DNA from: Clostridia bacterium
GTDB lineage: Bacteria > Bacillota > Clostridia > Oscillospirales > Acutalibacteraceae
DNA length: 64,000 bases
Reading direction: 5' to 3'
Assembly (NCBI GenBank): GCA_017516445.1
Contig: JAFXCZ010000008.1
Span: 1,193 to 65,192 of the forward strand
Part shown: positions 62,358 through 64,000 of the stretch, one piece after another
Layout of the letters: each line of letters opens with the position of its first letter
How positions within the stretch are numbered: position 1 is the stretch's first letter
Notes under the pieces: generated by a model
What the model was told of the DNA's origin: nothing
What the model saw: only the letters and a program-made list of their open reading frames with translations
Databases searched by the model: none
Program-made: the position numbers and the translations under genes

Positions 62358-64000
62358 ATGCCGTTTTTACCTATAACGCAAAAAGAAATGAAAAATTTTG
62401 GCTGGCAACAGCCCGATTTTATAATAGTGACGGGGGACGCTTATGTTGACCACCCGTCTTTTGGCACTGCAATAATCTCGCGCGTGCTTGAAAGTGAGGG
62501 ATATAAGGTTTGCATTATTCCCCAACCGCGAAGTGAAGAGGATTATAAACGCTTTGGTCTGCCCCGTCTTGCCTTTTTGGTAAACGGCGGTAATATTGAC
62601 TCTATGGTAGCCCACTACACTGCCGCTAAAAAGCGTCGCAGTGACGATGCTTACACCCCGGGCGGTAAGGCAGGCGCCCGCCCTGATAGAGCAACCATTG
62701 TTTACTGCAAAAAGCTGCGTGAAATTTACGGGAACGTACCCATTGCAATAGGCGGTGTTGAAGCGTCGCTGCGCCGTTTTGCCCATTATGATTATTGGGA
62801 CGATAAAGTGCGCGCGTCTATATTAATAGATTCTACCGCAGACCTTTTGATGTACGGTATGGGCGAAAAGCATATTGTAGAGATTGCCAACCGCTTGAAT
62901 GCAGGTGAAAAAATAACCGAGCTTACCGATATTTTAGGCACCTGCTACTGTGTAGAAAGCAAAAACTATACACCTATTCCCAAGGCTCAGGAATGTCCGT
63001 CCTTTGAGATGATAAAAACACCCGACGAGCAGGGCAAAAAGCAATATGCTATATCCTGTAAAATACAGCATACCGAAGCAGATGCCATAAGAGGCAGAAC
63101 AGTTATACAAAAGCACGGCAATAAAATTTTAGTGCAAAATCCACCTATGCCTCCGCTTACCGAGCAGGAAATGGACAAGGTGTATTCTCTCCCCTTTATG
63201 CGTGATTATCACCCAAGCTATGAAAATATGGGCGGTGTGCCCGGTATTGCCGAGGTTAAATTTTCTATAATTCATAACCGCGGCTGCTTCGGTGCTTGCA
63301 ACTTCTGTTCCCTTGCATATCATCAGGGCAGACAAATCACTGCAAGAAGTCACCAATCGGTCATTGAGGAGGCTAAAAAAATCACACAAATGCCCGATTT
63401 TAAGGGATATATACACGATATCGGCGGCCCCACGGCTAATTTCCGTTTTCCGTCCTGTGAGAAACAGGAAAAACACGGTCTTTGCGCTGATAAAAAGTGC
63501 TTAGCCCCCACAATGTGCCCTGCAGTTAAGGTTGACCACAGCGACTATTTAACCCTTTTGCGCGAACTCAGACGGCTTCCAAAGGTTAAAAAGGTTTTTA
63601 TACGCTCCGGCATACGCTTCGATTACCTTGTTGCCGATAAGGATGACACCTTTTTTAAGGAGCTTGTCACCCATCACACAAGCGGACAATTAAAGGTAGC
63701 GCCCGAGCATTGCTCAAACAATGTTTTAAAATATATGGGCAAGCCTAATATTGAAGTTTATAACCGCTTTGAAAAGCGTTTTTACGAGCTTACAAAATCC
63801 GCAGGCAAAAAGCAGTACCTTGTGCCCTATTTAATGTCCTCCCACCCCGGAAGCACTATAAATGACGCAATTGAGCTGTCGCTGTTTTTAAAACGCAACA
63901 ATCTGCATCCTGAACAGGTGCAGGATTTTTACCCCACACCCGGCACCGTTTCAACCTGTATGTTTTATACCGAATTAGACCCCAACACAATGAAGCCGGT
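62358..64000 (+). CDS. ygiQ: YgiQ-family (UPF0313) radical SAM protein, first 547 codons; continues past the window end
   Basis: Not in the ORF track because there is no stop. ATG at 62358 follows AAGGTG. Sequence [36 protein letters not shown].., with CX3CX2C in [11 protein letters not shown]. The frame is open to nt 64000. Confidence 0.9.
   Translation, partial: MPFLPITQKEMKNFGWQQPDFIIVTGDAYVDHPSFGTAIISRVLESEGYKVCIIPQPRSEEDYKRFGLPRLAFLVNGGNIDSMVAHYTAAKKRRSDDAYTPGGKAGARPDRATIVYCKKLREIYGNVPIAIGGVEASLRRFAHYDYWDDKVRASILIDSTADLLMYGMGEKHIVEIANRLNAGEKITELTDILGTCYCVESKNYTPIPKAQECPSFEMIKTPDEQGKKQYAISCKIQHTEADAIRGRTVIQKHGNKILVQNPPMPPLTEQEMDKVYSLPFMRDYHPSYENMGGVPGIAEVKFSIIHNRGCFGACNFCSLAYHQGRQITARSHQSVIEEAKKITQMPDFKGYIHDIGGPTANFRFPSCEKQEKHGLCADKKCLAPTMCPAVKVDHSDYLTLLRELRRLPKVKKVFIRSGIRFDYLVADKDDTFFKELVTHHTSGQLKVAPEHCSNNVLKYMGKPNIEVYNRFEKRFYELTKSAGKKQYLVPYLMSSHPGSTINDAIELSLFLKRNNLHPEQVQDFYPTPGTVSTCMFYTELDPNTMKP

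Overview
This 64-kb window looks like chromosome from an endospore-forming, moderately AT-rich Firmicute, probably Clostridia. It carries a complete spoIIIAA-AH operon followed by an Asp23 gene, plus ytfJ, dacB, scpAB, recA-recX and rny. I support about 70 protein genes, mostly housekeeping. They include a roughly 15-kb uninterrupted minus-strand gene train (25.2-40.3 kb: plsC, LCP, rsmI, cysS, cysE, pgsA, rimO, recX, recA, prmC, a two-component system and a lipoprotein). There is also an aromatic 2-oxoacid cluster (iorAB, paaK, ACT) next to an MFS transporter, an acyl-CoA ligase and an acyl-ACP thioesterase. Two genes cut by the window edges are missing from the ORF track: 1-720 on the minus strand and 62358-64000 on the plus strand (YgiQ radical SAM). 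RNA and regulatory elements are one tRNA-Pro(CGG), a single-aptamer glycine riboswitch with its terminator ahead of an Na+/alanine-glycine symporter, several near-consensus sigma-A promoters, and many intrinsic terminators. The only clearly accessory stretch is about 21.1-25.2 kb. It is an AT-rich patchwork of stand-alone genes (an SF0329-like protein, a SAM methyltransferase with a long structured leader, and an SDH-family Clp-fold protease with small partner ORFs). It also holds two decayed integrase N-terminal relics and abuts the tRNA-Pro, whose first 23 nt are duplicated upstream. Other oddities are listed in the findings. They include a 1-nt frameshift near the 5' end of gdhA, a DUF559 cassette bracketed by covarying hairpin repeats with a 3 x 67-bp tandem array, and a possible three-part switch in the rny leader. 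They also include an apparently leaderless dusB, paired dyad operators at a BlaI/BlaR1-like locus, and tandem mosaic beta-helix paralogues. I found no CRISPR array, no rRNA, and no intact transposase or integrase. I did not find a convincing new multi-gene system. The best leads are the tRNA-Pro leader, the methyltransferase leader, the protease module and the DUF559 repeat cassette. All family assignments come from motif recognition by eye, with no database search.
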